Of a DNA stretch of 64,000 nt, positions 31,709 through 40,975 are shown piece after piece. Each line of letters begins with the position of its first letter. Within the stretch, counting starts at the first letter, position 1. This stretch comes from Caulobacteraceae bacterium (GTDB taxonomy: Bacteria > Pseudomonadota > Alphaproteobacteria > Caulobacterales > Caulobacteraceae): NCBI GenBank assembly GCA_035493955.1, contig DATJHI010000003.1, positions 971-64,970 on the forward strand, read 5' to 3'. The position numbers and the translations under genes are program-made. The notes beneath the pieces are model-generated. The model did no database searches, was not told the origin of the DNA, and saw nothing but the letters and a program-made list of their open reading frames with translations.

Positions 31709-32344
31709 ATGTCGCGACTGATGATTTCGGCCACGCTCGGCCTGGCTTTTGGCCTGGCGGCGATCGCTGGCGCTCCGGTTCTGGCCCAGCCTCCGGGGGC
31801 GCCTGCCGCTCCGGTGATCACCAAGGACCCGATGTCGGTGCCGGCCGGCGTCTACAAGATCGATAAGGAACACCAGAGCGTGGTGGCCCGGATCGCCCAC
31901 AGCGGCTTTTCCATGTCGACCGTCCGGTTCGGCGTGACCGACGGCGTGCTGAACTGGGATCCGGCCCACATCGAGAACTCCAAGGTCAACGTCACGGTCA
32001 GCACCAAGGCCTATTACGCGCCGATCACCTACGGGATCGATCCGGGCGCGCCGAACTTGATGAATGCGGCGGCCTTCCCGACGGCGACCTTCGTCTCCAC
32101 CGGCATCAAGCGCACGGGCCCGACCACCGGCCAGATCATGGGCAACCTGACCCTGATGGGCCAGACCAAGCCGGTCACCATCGACGCCAGCCTGGTCGGC
32201 GCGGGCAAGAGCAATCGCGGCATTCCGAGCATTGGCTTCACCGGCGTGATGAAGATCAAGCGCGGCGACTTCGGCTTCAACGCCATGCAGGCCCTGGGCC
32301 AGGACATCGAGATCGTCCTCGACGCCGAGTTCCTGCCCGCCTAA
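31709..32344 (+). CDS. YceI-family periplasmic (polyisoprenoid-binding-like) protein
   Basis: Signal peptide, the start pattern Y.ID..HS.V, and later G.LT..G.TKPVT, all typical of YceI. Confidence 0.8.
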   Translation: MSRLMISATLGLAFGLAAIAGAPVLAQPPGAPAAPVITKDPMSVPAGVYKIDKEHQSVVARIAHSGFSMSTVRFGVTDGVLNWDPAHIENSKVNVTVSTKAYYAPITYGIDPGAPNLMNAAAFPTATFVSTGIKRTGPTTGQIMGNLTLMGQTKPVTIDASLVGAGKSNRGIPSIGFTGVMKIKRGDFGFNAMQALGQDIEIVLDAEFLPA

Positions 32345-32444
32345 ACGGCTCGGCGCTTCTCCCCCTGGCCGGGAGGAGCGCCTGACGGCCCGGCCGACGA
32401 GGCCGGCGCCTCGACAAGCGCGCAGGAGACGGTTTAGGTCTCCC

Positions 32445-32921
32445 ATGCGCATCGCAAAGCTCGCTTCCCCGTCCTTCCTCGCCCTGGTCCTCGGCGCCGG
32501 CGCCGCACAGGCCCAGGCGCCCACCGCCTCGGCCGCCGCCGCCGAGTTCCTGGCCAGGAACGCCCGCGAGGCGGGGGTCAAGGTCCTGCCCTCCGGCCTG
32601 CAGTACAAAGTCGTGAAGAGTGGGGACGCGACCGGTCCGTCGCCCAAGCTCGGCGACGTGATCAAGGTCAATTACGAAGGCGCCCTGCCCACGGGCCAGG
32701 TGTTCGACTCCACCTTCCAGCGCGGCAAGCCCGCGCTGATGGCGCTGCGCAACTTGGTGCCGGCCTGGATGGAGGCCCTGCCGCTGATGCACACCGGCGA
32801 CGAGTGGGTGCTCTATGCGCCTCCCGAACTCGGCTATGGCGACGAGGGCGCAGGGCCGATACCGCCGGGCAGCGTCCTGGTGTTCCGGCTCCAGTTGCTC
32901 GGCATGTTGTCGGCGGATTAG
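32445..32921 (+). CDS. FKBP-type peptidyl-prolyl cis-trans isomerase, secreted
   Basis: SGLQYKVVKSGDG-type segment, V.V.Y.G.L..G..FDS, and YGD.GAGP.IPPGS.LVF...LL. Confidence 0.9.
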   Translation: MRIAKLASPSFLALVLGAGAAQAQAPTASAAAAEFLARNAREAGVKVLPSGLQYKVVKSGDATGPSPKLGDVIKVNYEGALPTGQVFDSTFQRGKPALMALRNLVPAWMEALPLMHTGDEWVLYAPPELGYGDEGAGPIPPGSVLVFRLQLLGMLSAD

Positions 32922-32929
32922 CGCCCGGC

Positions 32930-34252
32930 TTAAGGGCTTTCGGCTTCCTGCACGTCCGGTTCGTCCATCACCACCCCCGGCGGCCCGCCGGCCAGTTCCG
33001 TCGCCAGGGTCGCGTGGTCCAGCTCGTTTTCCCAGCGGCTCACCACCAGGGTGGCGACCCCGTTGCCGATCAGGTTGGTCACCGCCCGACATTGGCTCAT
33101 GAAACGGTCGACGCCCAGCAGCATGCCCAAGGACGCGATCGGGATGTCGGGGACGATGGCCAAGGTTGCGGCCAGGGTCACGAAGCCGGCGCCGGTCACC
33201 CCCGAGGCGCCCTTGGAGGTCAGCATGCTGATTAGCACGATGGTGGCTTCGGCGCCGACGCTGAGATGCGTCCCGGTCGCCTGGGCCAGGAACAGGATCG
33301 ACAGGGTCATGTAGATGTTCGTGCCGTCGAGATTGAAGCTGTAGCCGGTGGGCACGACCAGCCCGACCACGGAGTCTGTGGCGCCGAGCTTCTCCAGCTT
33401 GCGCATCAGGCCCGGCAGGGCCGTCTCCGAGGAGGAGGTCCCCAGCACGATCAGCACTTCTTCGCGGATGTAGGCGATGAACCGCAGGATCGAGAAGCCG
33501 CTCAGCCGGGCGATCAGGCCCAGCACCAGCACCACGAACAGGGCCGCCGTCAGATAGAAGGTCCCGACCAGGGCGGCCAGATTGACCAGCGACCCCACCC
33601 CGAAGGCGCCGACGGTGTAGGCCATGGAGCCGAAGGCGCCGATGGGCGCCAGATAGACCAGGATGCCGATGATCTTGAACAGGACGTGGGCGGCGACATC
33701 GATCGCGTCGGTCACCTTCTGGCCCACCTCGCCAAGCTGGCCCACCGCGAAACCGGTCAGGATCGACAGCAACAGCACCTGCAGCAGGTCGCCGGTGGCG
33801 AAGGCGTCGACGAAGGTCTTGGGGATGATAGCCAGCAGATGGGCGGCCACGCCGTTGTCGTGGGCCTTGGCCACGTAGGTCGCCACCGTCTGGGCCGTGC
33901 TCGCCGCCGCCGTGGAACTGAACCCAAGCCCCGGATGCAACAGGTGGGCCGCCAGCAGGCCCATGCCCAAGGCCAGGGTGGAGACCACTTCGAAATAGAC
34001 GATGGCCTTGACGCCGATGCGGCCGACCTTGCCCATGTCGCGCATCGAGCCGATGCCGTGCACGATGGTGCAGAAGATCACCGGGCTGATCATCATCTTG
34101 ATCAGGGCGATGAAGGCGTCGCCCAACGGCTTCATCGCCTTGCCGAGATCAGGCGCGACGGCGCCCAGCACCGCGCCGACGACGATGGCCGCCAGCACCT
34201 GGACATATAGCTGCCGCCACAGGGGCGTGCGGCCTTTTGCAGCCTCGGTCAT
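32930..34252 (-). CDS. dctA: C4-dicarboxylate/cation symporter
   Basis: 440 aa. [39 protein letters not shown], and C-terminal NLIGNGVAT motifs of the DAACS family. Confidence 0.9.
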   Translation of the reverse strand: MTEAAKGRTPLWRQLYVQVLAAIVVGAVLGAVAPDLGKAMKPLGDAFIALIKMMISPVIFCTIVHGIGSMRDMGKVGRIGVKAIVYFEVVSTLALGMGLLAAHLLHPGLGFSSTAAASTAQTVATYVAKAHDNGVAAHLLAIIPKTFVDAFATGDLLQVLLLSILTGFAVGQLGEVGQKVTDAIDVAAHVLFKIIGILVYLAPIGAFGSMAYTVGAFGVGSLVNLAALVGTFYLTAALFVVLVLGLIARLSGFSILRFIAYIREEVLIVLGTSSSETALPGLMRKLEKLGATDSVVGLVVPTGYSFNLDGTNIYMTLSILFLAQATGTHLSVGAEATIVLISMLTSKGASGVTGAGFVTLAATLAIVPDIPIASLGMLLGVDRFMSQCRAVTNLIGNGVATLVVSRWENELDHATLATELAGGPPGVVMDEPDVQEAESP

Positions 34253-34375
34253 GGATCAGTCCCCCCGGAATATGTCGCACCATAGCCTTCGGCGCCGCCG
34301 GCGTCAGCCGCTGCGTCAGGGCGAACAGGCGGGGCCGGCGTGGAGACGCGGATGCTGCACCGAGCCGCTTGCCGT

Positions 34376-35056
34376 TCAGGCTTCGGCCCACCGTCGCAGC
34401 AGGTTGTGATAGACGCCGGTCAGGGTCACGGCCGCACGGTCCTCGTCGGACAGGGACCCGCGCACCTGGCGGATCGCCCCGTCGAGTTCGTAGAGCAGGC
34501 GGCGCTGGCCCTCGTCGCGCACCATAGACTGGGCCCAGAAGAAGGACGCCCAGCGGCTGCCGCGCGCGACCGGCTCCACCCGGTGCAGGCTGGCGGCGGG
34601 GTAGACCACGAGGTCCCCGGCGTCGAACTTGATCTTCTGCTCCCCGTAGGTGTCCTCGATCACCAGTTCGCCGCCGTCGTAGTCGGCCGGGTCGGACAGG
34701 AACAGGGTGCAGGCGATGTCCGTCCGCACCCGCACGCCTTGCGGCGTGAAGCGGATGGCGTTGTCGATATGGGCCTTGAAGGTCATGCCCGCGTCGTAGC
34801 GGTTGAACAGGGGCGGGAAGACCCTGAGCGGCAAGGCGGCGGAGACGAAGGTCTCGCTCTGCCCCAGCGCCGTCAGGATGGCCTGGCCGAGTTCGCGCGC
34901 CTCGGGGGCGTCTTCGGGAACCTGCAGGTTGCGCTTGGCCAACGCCGACTGTTCACCGGCGGTGGCCCTGCCGTCGACCCAGGCCAGGCCCTCCAGGCGC
35001 GAGCGAAAATGCGCCACCTGCGTCTTGTCGAGGAGAGCGGGGACCCGGACCAGCAT
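34376..35056 (-). CDS. Fe(II)/2-oxoglutarate-dependent PKHD-type hydroxylase (PiuC/YbiX-like)
   Basis: Trimmed to ATG 35056 (MLVRVPALLD...). H.D ... H facial-triad context (KAHIDNA, SLHRV) and a 226-aa size typical of PiuC. It starts 3 nt from the receptor gene stop. Confidence 0.85.
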   Translation of the reverse strand: MLVRVPALLDKTQVAHFRSRLEGLAWVDGRATAGEQSALAKRNLQVPEDAPEARELGQAILTALGQSETFVSAALPLRVFPPLFNRYDAGMTFKAHIDNAIRFTPQGVRVRTDIACTLFLSDPADYDGGELVIEDTYGEQKIKFDAGDLVVYPAASLHRVEPVARGSRWASFFWAQSMVRDEGQRRLLYELDGAIRQVRGSLSDEDRAAVTLTGVYHNLLRRWAEA

Positions 35057-35058
35057 GC

Positions 35059-37455
35059 CTAGAACTTCACCCCCACGGTGCCGATGACGGTGCGCCCGGG
35101 GGCGGGCACGGCGCGGTTGCTGAACACCTGGGTGTAATTCAGCCGGTCGGTCAGGTTGGTGGCGTTCAGGGCCACCCGGTAACGCCCGACCTCGTAGGCC
35201 ACCCCGGCGTCGAACGAAAGGGTATGGGGCACATAGGCGATCTTGGTCAGGGCGGCTGGGGCCGGGGCGGCGGTCGAGACCGTGTAGCCGGTCGGGAAAC
35301 CGTCCTGGAAACTGACGCCGCCGTTGATGGACAGGCCCCTCAGCCCGCCGTCGAACTCGTAGTTGGTGAAGACGGAGCCGGAGTTCTTCGGCGTCAGCAG
35401 CACCTGGCGGCCGATGACGAAGGTGTTCAGCACCGGGGTGGAGGCGGCGGCCCCGGCCGGGCAGGGGATCGTGGTGGCGCTGCAGGCGGTGTAGGATTCC
35501 TTGATCCTGGAATCGACATAGGCGTAGGCGGCGTTGACCGTCCAGCCCCGGGCCAGGCGCCCGGAGAGGCCGAGCTCGACCCCCTGCACGGTCTGGCGCT
35601 CGCCGGACTGGGCCAGCAGGAACCCGGTCGACGGGTCGGTCTGGGTGGCGTTGTTCTTCTTGACGTAGAAGGCCGCCGCCGTGGCGGTCAGGCGGCCCCC
35701 CAAGAAGCCCAGCTTGGCCCCGGCCTCGAAACTCTCGTTCTTCTCGGGCTCCAGGTCCTTTGAGGTGACGGCGATGCCGGTGGCGTTGGCGACGATGCCG
35801 GTGCCCTGCGGCGTGGCCGAGCGGCCCCACGACAGATAATAGGTCTGGGTCTGGCTGGGCTCCCACACCAGGTTGGCCCGAGGGTTGGTCAGGGTCGATT
35901 TGGACTTGAGCGGGGTGAACTGGCCGGCGACGGTGACGCTGTCGAATTCGGCGCGATAGGCGTCGACGCGGACGGAGCCGATCACCGACACGGACGGCAG
36001 CAGCCACAGCCGCTCGGTCAGGAAGGCGCCGTAGTCGGTGGATTCGCCGAGGTTGCGGGTGACGGTCGTGGCGGTGGCCGAGCTGTTGGCGATATTGGCC
36101 AAGGTCGGGGTGATCACGGCATAGCCGGCCGGCATGACGTGGTCGGGGAACCAGATCGAGCGCGGGATGGTGTTGCGGGCGGTGTATCCGGCCGGGAGGC
36201 TGTAAGCCTGGAAGGTGCGCTTGTTGGACTGGTAGGAGAGGTCGACGCCGGCGATCAGCTGGCTCTTCAGGCCGAACAGCGGCCCCTCGTAGCGGGCGGT
36301 GGAGATGTTCTGCGCGCCCCAGGCGTTCTGCCTGTAGGGGCCGGACCCGCCGTAGCCGCCGAAGGCGTCGGTCGCCGGATTGCCGTCAAAAAAGGCGGCG
36401 AGGCACGTCGCCGAGCAGTTGTCGAGGGTCGAGTACTGGAAGAACCGGTCGTAGATGCCGATGCGGCTGTCGCTGGCGACGGTCAGATAGTCCGAGGCCT
36501 TGTGCAGGAACTTGGCGGTCAGGATGTTGGCGTTGCTGACGTCCTTGTCGGTGAACAGGCCGAGGAAGTTCGAGCGCGGCACGCCGTATTCGCTGGCCGG
36601 CATGGCGATCAGGCTGCCAGGCGGTTGCAGGATGATGATGCCGTAGTCGGGGATGCGGTCGTCATGCTGGTGCAGGAAGTTCAGGGTGAACTGGGTCGGC
36701 GTCCCTATCCCCAACGCCAGTGACGCGGCCGCGCCCCAGCGCTTTGAATTGACGATGTCGCGGTCCGCCACGTGGTTCGACGAGCCCAGGACGTTGAGCC
36801 GGATGGCGCTGGTGTCGCCGATCTGGTGGTTCAGGTCAGCGCTGGCGCGATAGTAGTCGGCGCTGCCGAAGGCAGCCTCGACGTGGTTCTCGTCGCCCAG
36901 GTGGGCGGTCTTGGACAGGGTGTTGATGACGCCGCCGGTGGTGCCGCGGCCGAACAGGGCGCCCGAGGGGCCCTTCAGCACCTGGATCTCCTGGAAGTTG
37001 AAGGCGTCGCGGGTATAGACGCCGAAGTCGCGCAGCCCGTCGAGGTAGACGTCGTTCTGGGCTTCCTGGCCGCGGATGCGGAACTGATCGCCGTTCAGGG
37101 CGCCGCCTTCGCCGATGGAGACGGTGATGCCGGGCACGTTGCGCAGCGCCTGCTCCAGGCTGGTGATCTTCTGCTGCTGCAGCTGGATCTGCGGGATCAC
37201 GTTCACCGCCTGGGGTGTGTCCTGCAAGGTGGTGGGCATGACCGAGAGGCCGGTCTCGTTGTTCAGTCCGCCGCCGCGGCCTACCACGTCGATGACCCCT
37301 ACCGCGGTCGCGGTGACGTCGTTCACCGCCATCTGGAAGGGCGCATCGGCCTTGTCCGCCGCCTGGGCGGTCGAGGTCAGGCCCGCCGCCAGCGCCATCG
37401 TGCCCAGGACCTGCCAGGCGAGCGAACGGGCTCTGCTGTCGTTCGAAGGCGTCAT
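35059..37455 (-). CDS. TonB-dependent siderophore (catecholate-type) receptor
   Basis: Signal peptide, plug domain (V.V.G), long beta-barrel, and a C-terminal aromatic residue (...TVGVKF). Start set at ATG 37455. Confidence 0.9.
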   Translation of the reverse strand: MTPSNDSRARSLAWQVLGTMALAAGLTSTAQAADKADAPFQMAVNDVTATAVGVIDVVGRGGGLNNETGLSVMPTTLQDTPQAVNVIPQIQLQQQKITSLEQALRNVPGITVSIGEGGALNGDQFRIRGQEAQNDVYLDGLRDFGVYTRDAFNFQEIQVLKGPSGALFGRGTTGGVINTLSKTAHLGDENHVEAAFGSADYYRASADLNHQIGDTSAIRLNVLGSSNHVADRDIVNSKRWGAAASLALGIGTPTQFTLNFLHQHDDRIPDYGIIILQPPGSLIAMPASEYGVPRSNFLGLFTDKDVSNANILTAKFLHKASDYLTVASDSRIGIYDRFFQYSTLDNCSATCLAAFFDGNPATDAFGGYGGSGPYRQNAWGAQNISTARYEGPLFGLKSQLIAGVDLSYQSNKRTFQAYSLPAGYTARNTIPRSIWFPDHVMPAGYAVITPTLANIANSSATATTVTRNLGESTDYGAFLTERLWLLPSVSVIGSVRVDAYRAEFDSVTVAGQFTPLKSKSTLTNPRANLVWEPSQTQTYYLSWGRSATPQGTGIVANATGIAVTSKDLEPEKNESFEAGAKLGFLGGRLTATAAAFYVKKNNATQTDPSTGFLLAQSGERQTVQGVELGLSGRLARGWTVNAAYAYVDSRIKESYTACSATTIPCPAGAAASTPVLNTFVIGRQVLLTPKNSGSVFTNYEFDGGLRGLSINGGVSFQDGFPTGYTVSTAAPAPAALTKIAYVPHTLSFDAGVAYEVGRYRVALNATNLTDRLNYTQVFSNRAVPAPGRTVIGTVGVKF

Positions 37456-37474
37456 CACGCTACCCCTAAAATGC

Positions 37475-37493
37475 AAATGCGAGTCGTTATTAT
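37475..37493. promoter_or_regulatory. Weak Fur-box-like site upstream of the TonB-dependent receptor
   Basis: The minus-strand read GATAATAACGACTCGCATT matches about 10 of 19 consensus positions. It sits in an unusually AT-rich 88-nt spacer 20 nt upstream of the receptor start. Confidence 0.35.
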
Positions 37494-37523
37494 CTTTGGT
37501 GCGTGTGGCGGCCAAGCATTAAT

Positions 37524-37549
37524 TTGAGAATCGTTCGCAATAATTATTC
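37524..37549. promoter_or_regulatory. Second AT-rich Fur-like element (GAGAATCGTTCGCAATAATTATTC)
   Basis: Contains an ATAAT.ATT core. It overlaps the PepSY stop codon and lies upstream of the receptor gene. Confidence 0.3.
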
Positions 37550-38752
37550 GGCCGCGGCAGGCCTGCCGAGCGGCCGTGCTTGGGGCCGGCGCCGGGCGGC
37601 CTTGCGCCATTGCCGGCGAGCCCACACCAGGACGCCGGTGACGGCCAGGATCGCGGGCGCCAGTCCGGCGACGGTGATCACCAGCTTCCAGGCCAAGGGC
37701 ATGCCGTCGCCGCCGCCGTGGAGCTGGCGATTGAACCGGATGAGCTGGTCGCCCTCGGGGCGGGGCCGGTCCGGCACGACGCGGACGTCGCCGGCCTGCG
37801 CGTCGTCGATCGCCAGCGTAAGGGTGGCGCCCTTGGCCGTCCGCACCTGCGCGCGCCAGCGGGGCGTATCGGCCGCGCGGGTCGGCAGGTTGAGGGTCAG
37901 CAGGTGCGCGCCGGGCTGGCCGTCGAGGGCCCGGCTGGCCGCCTGGTCGGCGCTGAGCATGGTCCGGGACGCCGGCCCCTCGGGACCGCCCCGTTGGGCG
38001 CCCGCCGGCGGCGCCACCAGGGCGAAGGCGCCGACCAACCCCCGGGTGAAGGCGGGAAAGGAGATCAAGGCTCCGGACAGGGACAGGACGGCCAAGGGCA
38101 GCGCGATCCAAAACCCCACGAGTTGGTGCAGGTTCGACAGGGTGTCCGTGGTCCGCCCCCAGCGGAACGCCATCGCCAGGACCTCGCGCCGGGGCCACCA
38201 CAGCCAGATCCCGCTGAGACAGGAGACCAACAGCGCCACCCCTATCCAGCCGACCGCCTGCCGCCCCGGTCCGAAGACGAAGAACTGGCCGTGCAGATCG
38301 TGCATCCACATGGACAGGCTCTGGCGGACATTGGCCACATCGAGCACCCGGGCCGTTCCCGGGTCGATCCAGGCGGTCAGGACCTGCGGCCGCGCTTGCG
38401 GGCCGCGCCCCGCCGCCCCGCCCTTGCTCTCTCCGGCAGGCCTGGTCATCGCGCCGGTGACCGTCGCCGGCTCGCCCGGTTTGGACGGCAGACGCAGGCC
38501 CTGGACCCTGGCCCTGTCGCCGAACCGGACCTGAGCGGCGTCGAGATAGGCCGACGGCGGCAACACCGCCTGAGGCGAGCTGATGGCGAACCGCGCCGGA
38601 TGCAGGGCGCGATCGATCTCGCCCCTCCAGACCAGATAGCTGCCCGAGACGCACAGGGGGATGATCGCCAACGCCAGCCCGATGCCGATCCACAGGTGGA
38701 GTTGGAACCAGAACCGCCGCAGACGGCCGCGCGCCGAAGCCTTCATCGTCAA
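37544..38752 (-). CDS. PepSY-associated TM-helix protein (PiuB-like iron-regulated membrane protein)
   Basis: 402 aa. FWFQLHLWIGIGLALAIIPLCVSGSYLVWRGEID N-terminus and C-terminal FNRQLHGG... are typical of PiuB/PepSY_TM proteins. Confidence 0.85.
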   Translation of the reverse strand: MTMKASARGRLRRFWFQLHLWIGIGLALAIIPLCVSGSYLVWRGEIDRALHPARFAISSPQAVLPPSAYLDAAQVRFGDRARVQGLRLPSKPGEPATVTGAMTRPAGESKGGAAGRGPQARPQVLTAWIDPGTARVLDVANVRQSLSMWMHDLHGQFFVFGPGRQAVGWIGVALLVSCLSGIWLWWPRREVLAMAFRWGRTTDTLSNLHQLVGFWIALPLAVLSLSGALISFPAFTRGLVGAFALVAPPAGAQRGGPEGPASRTMLSADQAASRALDGQPGAHLLTLNLPTRAADTPRWRAQVRTAKGATLTLAIDDAQAGDVRVVPDRPRPEGDQLIRFNRQLHGGGDGMPLAWKLVITVAGLAPAILAVTGVLVWARRQWRKAARRRPQARPLGRPAAAE

Positions 38753-38774
38753 GCCCCTTGATGAGGGCTCAGCT

Positions 38775-38793
38775 GATAATGCGAATGACTCTT
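38775..38793. promoter_or_regulatory. Fur-box-like site upstream of the PepSY (PiuB-like) gene
   Basis: GATAATGCGAATGACTCTT matches 13 of 19 positions of the classical GATAATGATAATCATTATC consensus by hand count. It lies 23 nt upstream of the start codon at 38752. Confidence 0.5.
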
Positions 38794-38852
38794 AACTGCA
38801 AGGGCGCGGTTTCCCGGACGGTCCTAAGCGAGCGTCCCAAGGCGAAGGATCG

Positions 38853-39656
38853 TCAGCCGCCTCGCAAGCCGGGCTTCAAGACAACGGTCCGGTAGCCGTC
38901 CCAAAGCCGCATCCCCTCGGCCCGAACGGTCTGCTCAAGGGTCTCGGGGGCGAGGTCGGTCCGGGCGCTGCCGGGGAACAGGATGGTGACCACGTCGCCG
39001 CCGATGCTCTCCATCGGCTCGGCGGCTTCACGGCAGACGTCGGCCTCGTCGCGGGCGGCGCAAGGATCGTGTCCCAAGGCGCGGTGCAGAGCCACAGAGC
39101 CCTCGCCCAGCTTGTTGTAGGGTCCGGTGTCGGCGACGATCACCGGGACCACGGTCCCGTTCCAGATCACCACGCCGAAGTCGCCGACGCGTGCGCCGGT
39201 CAGGCGGAAGAATTCGCCCCGGTTCTCGGGCGGCCCCATGTTGGGGATCACCACATAGGGGACCCGGTCGGCGTTGACCGGGGTGCGAACGCCCGACGCA
39301 TCCGTCAGCATCAGCGAGGTCGGGCACTGGTCTGAGCGGTTACGGTTGCCGCCGCAGGCCAGGGGCGAGCCGTCGAAATCGATGGACAGCTTGGAGACGT
39401 AGGCGACGGCCCCGCCGGGCATCCGGCGAAGGGCGGTGACCCGGTTCGGGTCGCCCCGGCAACCAAATCGATTGGTGAAGTCTTCGCCGCGGAAGAGGCC
39501 GGCGGTGTCGCAGGCGTCGAACTGGGCGCGATAGTCCTCGTCGATATTCATGCCCTGGCTCAGGTCGACGCCTGCAGGCCATGACGGGGGCGCGGCGCCG
39601 GCGGCTGGCGTCAGGACCAGCGTCGCCGCCAAGGCCCCAAGCCACGCCGTCCTCAT
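38853..39656 (-). CDS. Secreted glycoside hydrolase family 75-like (chitosanase-like) protein
   Basis: Signal peptide, LSIDFDGSP, and PYVVIP...GDFGVVIWNGTVVPVIVADTGPYNKLGEGSVALHRALG resemble the GH75 core as I recall it. Its start overlaps the upstream gene stop (ATGA). Confidence 0.6.
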   Translation of the reverse strand: MRTAWLGALAATLVLTPAAGAAPPSWPAGVDLSQGMNIDEDYRAQFDACDTAGLFRGEDFTNRFGCRGDPNRVTALRRMPGGAVAYVSKLSIDFDGSPLACGGNRNRSDQCPTSLMLTDASGVRTPVNADRVPYVVIPNMGPPENRGEFFRLTGARVGDFGVVIWNGTVVPVIVADTGPYNKLGEGSVALHRALGHDPCAARDEADVCREAAEPMESIGGDVVTILFPGSARTDLAPETLEQTVRAEGMRLWDGYRTVVLKPGLRGG

Positions 39657-40315
39657 GGATCAGCCTTGCGCCTTGCGCCGGGCCACGATCTGGCCAGCGG
39701 GTTGAGGGTCGGCTCGGCGACCCGGGTCAGGGTGTTGCGGTCGCGGTGGCGGAACGGTTCGGTCCGGCCGCGCACCGTCAGCATGGTGTCGGAGATGTAG
39801 CTCCAGGTCCCGTCGGGGTTGAAGCTGATCTCGATGCGATAGGAGTCGGTGCGGAAGGCGTATTCCAGGAAGGTGGTGGAGCAGATTCCGTACTCGGTCT
39901 GGCCGCGCTCGGCGGCGAGCGTCAGGGTCTTCGCCTCTGCGTCTGCGCGCCCCGAGGCGATGGCGACCTGGCCGCGCGGAATGGTCAAGGTCTGCAGCAC
40001 CAGCCCGGTCGCCGGCTCCCACAGCCAATAGCCGACCTGGTCGTGGAAGGTGGCGTCCTCTTCCTCGGTATTGACGTGCACGTGGTAGCGCAGGCCGTAG
40101 AACAGTTGGGGCCCGTTGGCCTGGGGGTCGATCGGCTGCAACTCGATCCGTTCGAGGTACTCCCGCCGTTCCGGCCCGTCGGCCTTGGGGTTGAGGTCGA
40201 CGCCCCGCCGGCCTTCCCACACGCCGGCCATGCGACGGAGCGGTCCGAGGTTGGCCAGGGTGTCGGGATCGACATCCTCCGGCTCGGTGAAAATGTCGTC
40301 GGGGAAGTCGCGCAT
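39653..40315 (-). CDS. Nitrobindin/THAP4-like heme-binding beta-barrel domain protein
   Basis: 220 aa. LGPLRRMAGVWEGRRGVD (G.W.G.G motif) and beta-rich repeats consistent with the DUF1794/nitrobindin fold. Confidence 0.6.
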   Translation of the reverse strand: MRDFPDDIFTEPEDVDPDTLANLGPLRRMAGVWEGRRGVDLNPKADGPERREYLERIELQPIDPQANGPQLFYGLRYHVHVNTEEEDATFHDQVGYWLWEPATGLVLQTLTIPRGQVAIASGRADAEAKTLTLAAERGQTEYGICSTTFLEYAFRTDSYRIEISFNPDGTWSYISDTMLTVRGRTEPFRHRDRNTLTRVAEPTLNPLARSWPGARRKADP

Positions 40316-40485
40316 GGCGTCTTGAACCGCGGCTGCGCCGGGGCGTCAAGCATCGTACAGGCGCCGTCGAAGGCGATGGAGCGGGGGCCAAGCTCGTCTT
40401 GGCGGAAAACGCTGATTTCGCGATAAATTATTTATCCTTCGGGGAACAAACTCCACCTCTGCCTTAGGGAATACGGGGCGAGGGC

Positions 40486-40953
40486 GTGCGAAACCACCAA
40501 GTTCTGGACGAGCGGTCGAGCCCGGCATCCCCCACCATTGCCGCCCCCGAACCGCTGCGCATCCTGGCGGCGGAAGACAATCTCACCAATCAACTGGTGC
40601 TGAGGGTTTTGCTCGATCAGGCTGGACTTGCCGTGACCATGGTCGAGGACGGCCGGGCGGCGGTCGAGCATTGGGAGGCGGCCGCCTGGGACCTGATCCT
40701 GATGGACGTGCAGATGCCGGTGATGGACGGTCTGTCCGCCACGACGGCCATCCGCGCCCGCGAGGTCGCCACCGGGCGCCGTCGCACTCCGATCGTCGCC
40801 GTCACCGCCAACGTCATGTCCCACGAGGTGGAAGGCTATTTCGCGTCGGGGATGGACGGCCTGGTCGCCAAGCCCATCACCGTGGCCACCCTGTTCGCGG
40901 CGATCGGAGCCGCCCTGGAAGGGCCTTCCGTCTCGACCGAATCCGTCGCCTGA
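40486..40953 (+). CDS. Single-domain response regulator (canonical receiver)
   Basis: ILAAEDN, DLILMDVQMPVMDG, VAVTAN and VAKP give a complete acidic pocket, acceptor Asp, Thr and Lys. GTG start after GAGGG. No kinase gene lies adjacent. Confidence 0.85.
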   Translation: MRNHQVLDERSSPASPTIAAPEPLRILAAEDNLTNQLVLRVLLDQAGLAVTMVEDGRAAVEHWEAAAWDLILMDVQMPVMDGLSATTAIRAREVATGRRRTPIVAVTANVMSHEVEGYFASGMDGLVAKPITVATLFAAIGAALEGPSVSTESVA

Positions 40954-40975
40954 GATTTCGCGACTTGGCCACGAA

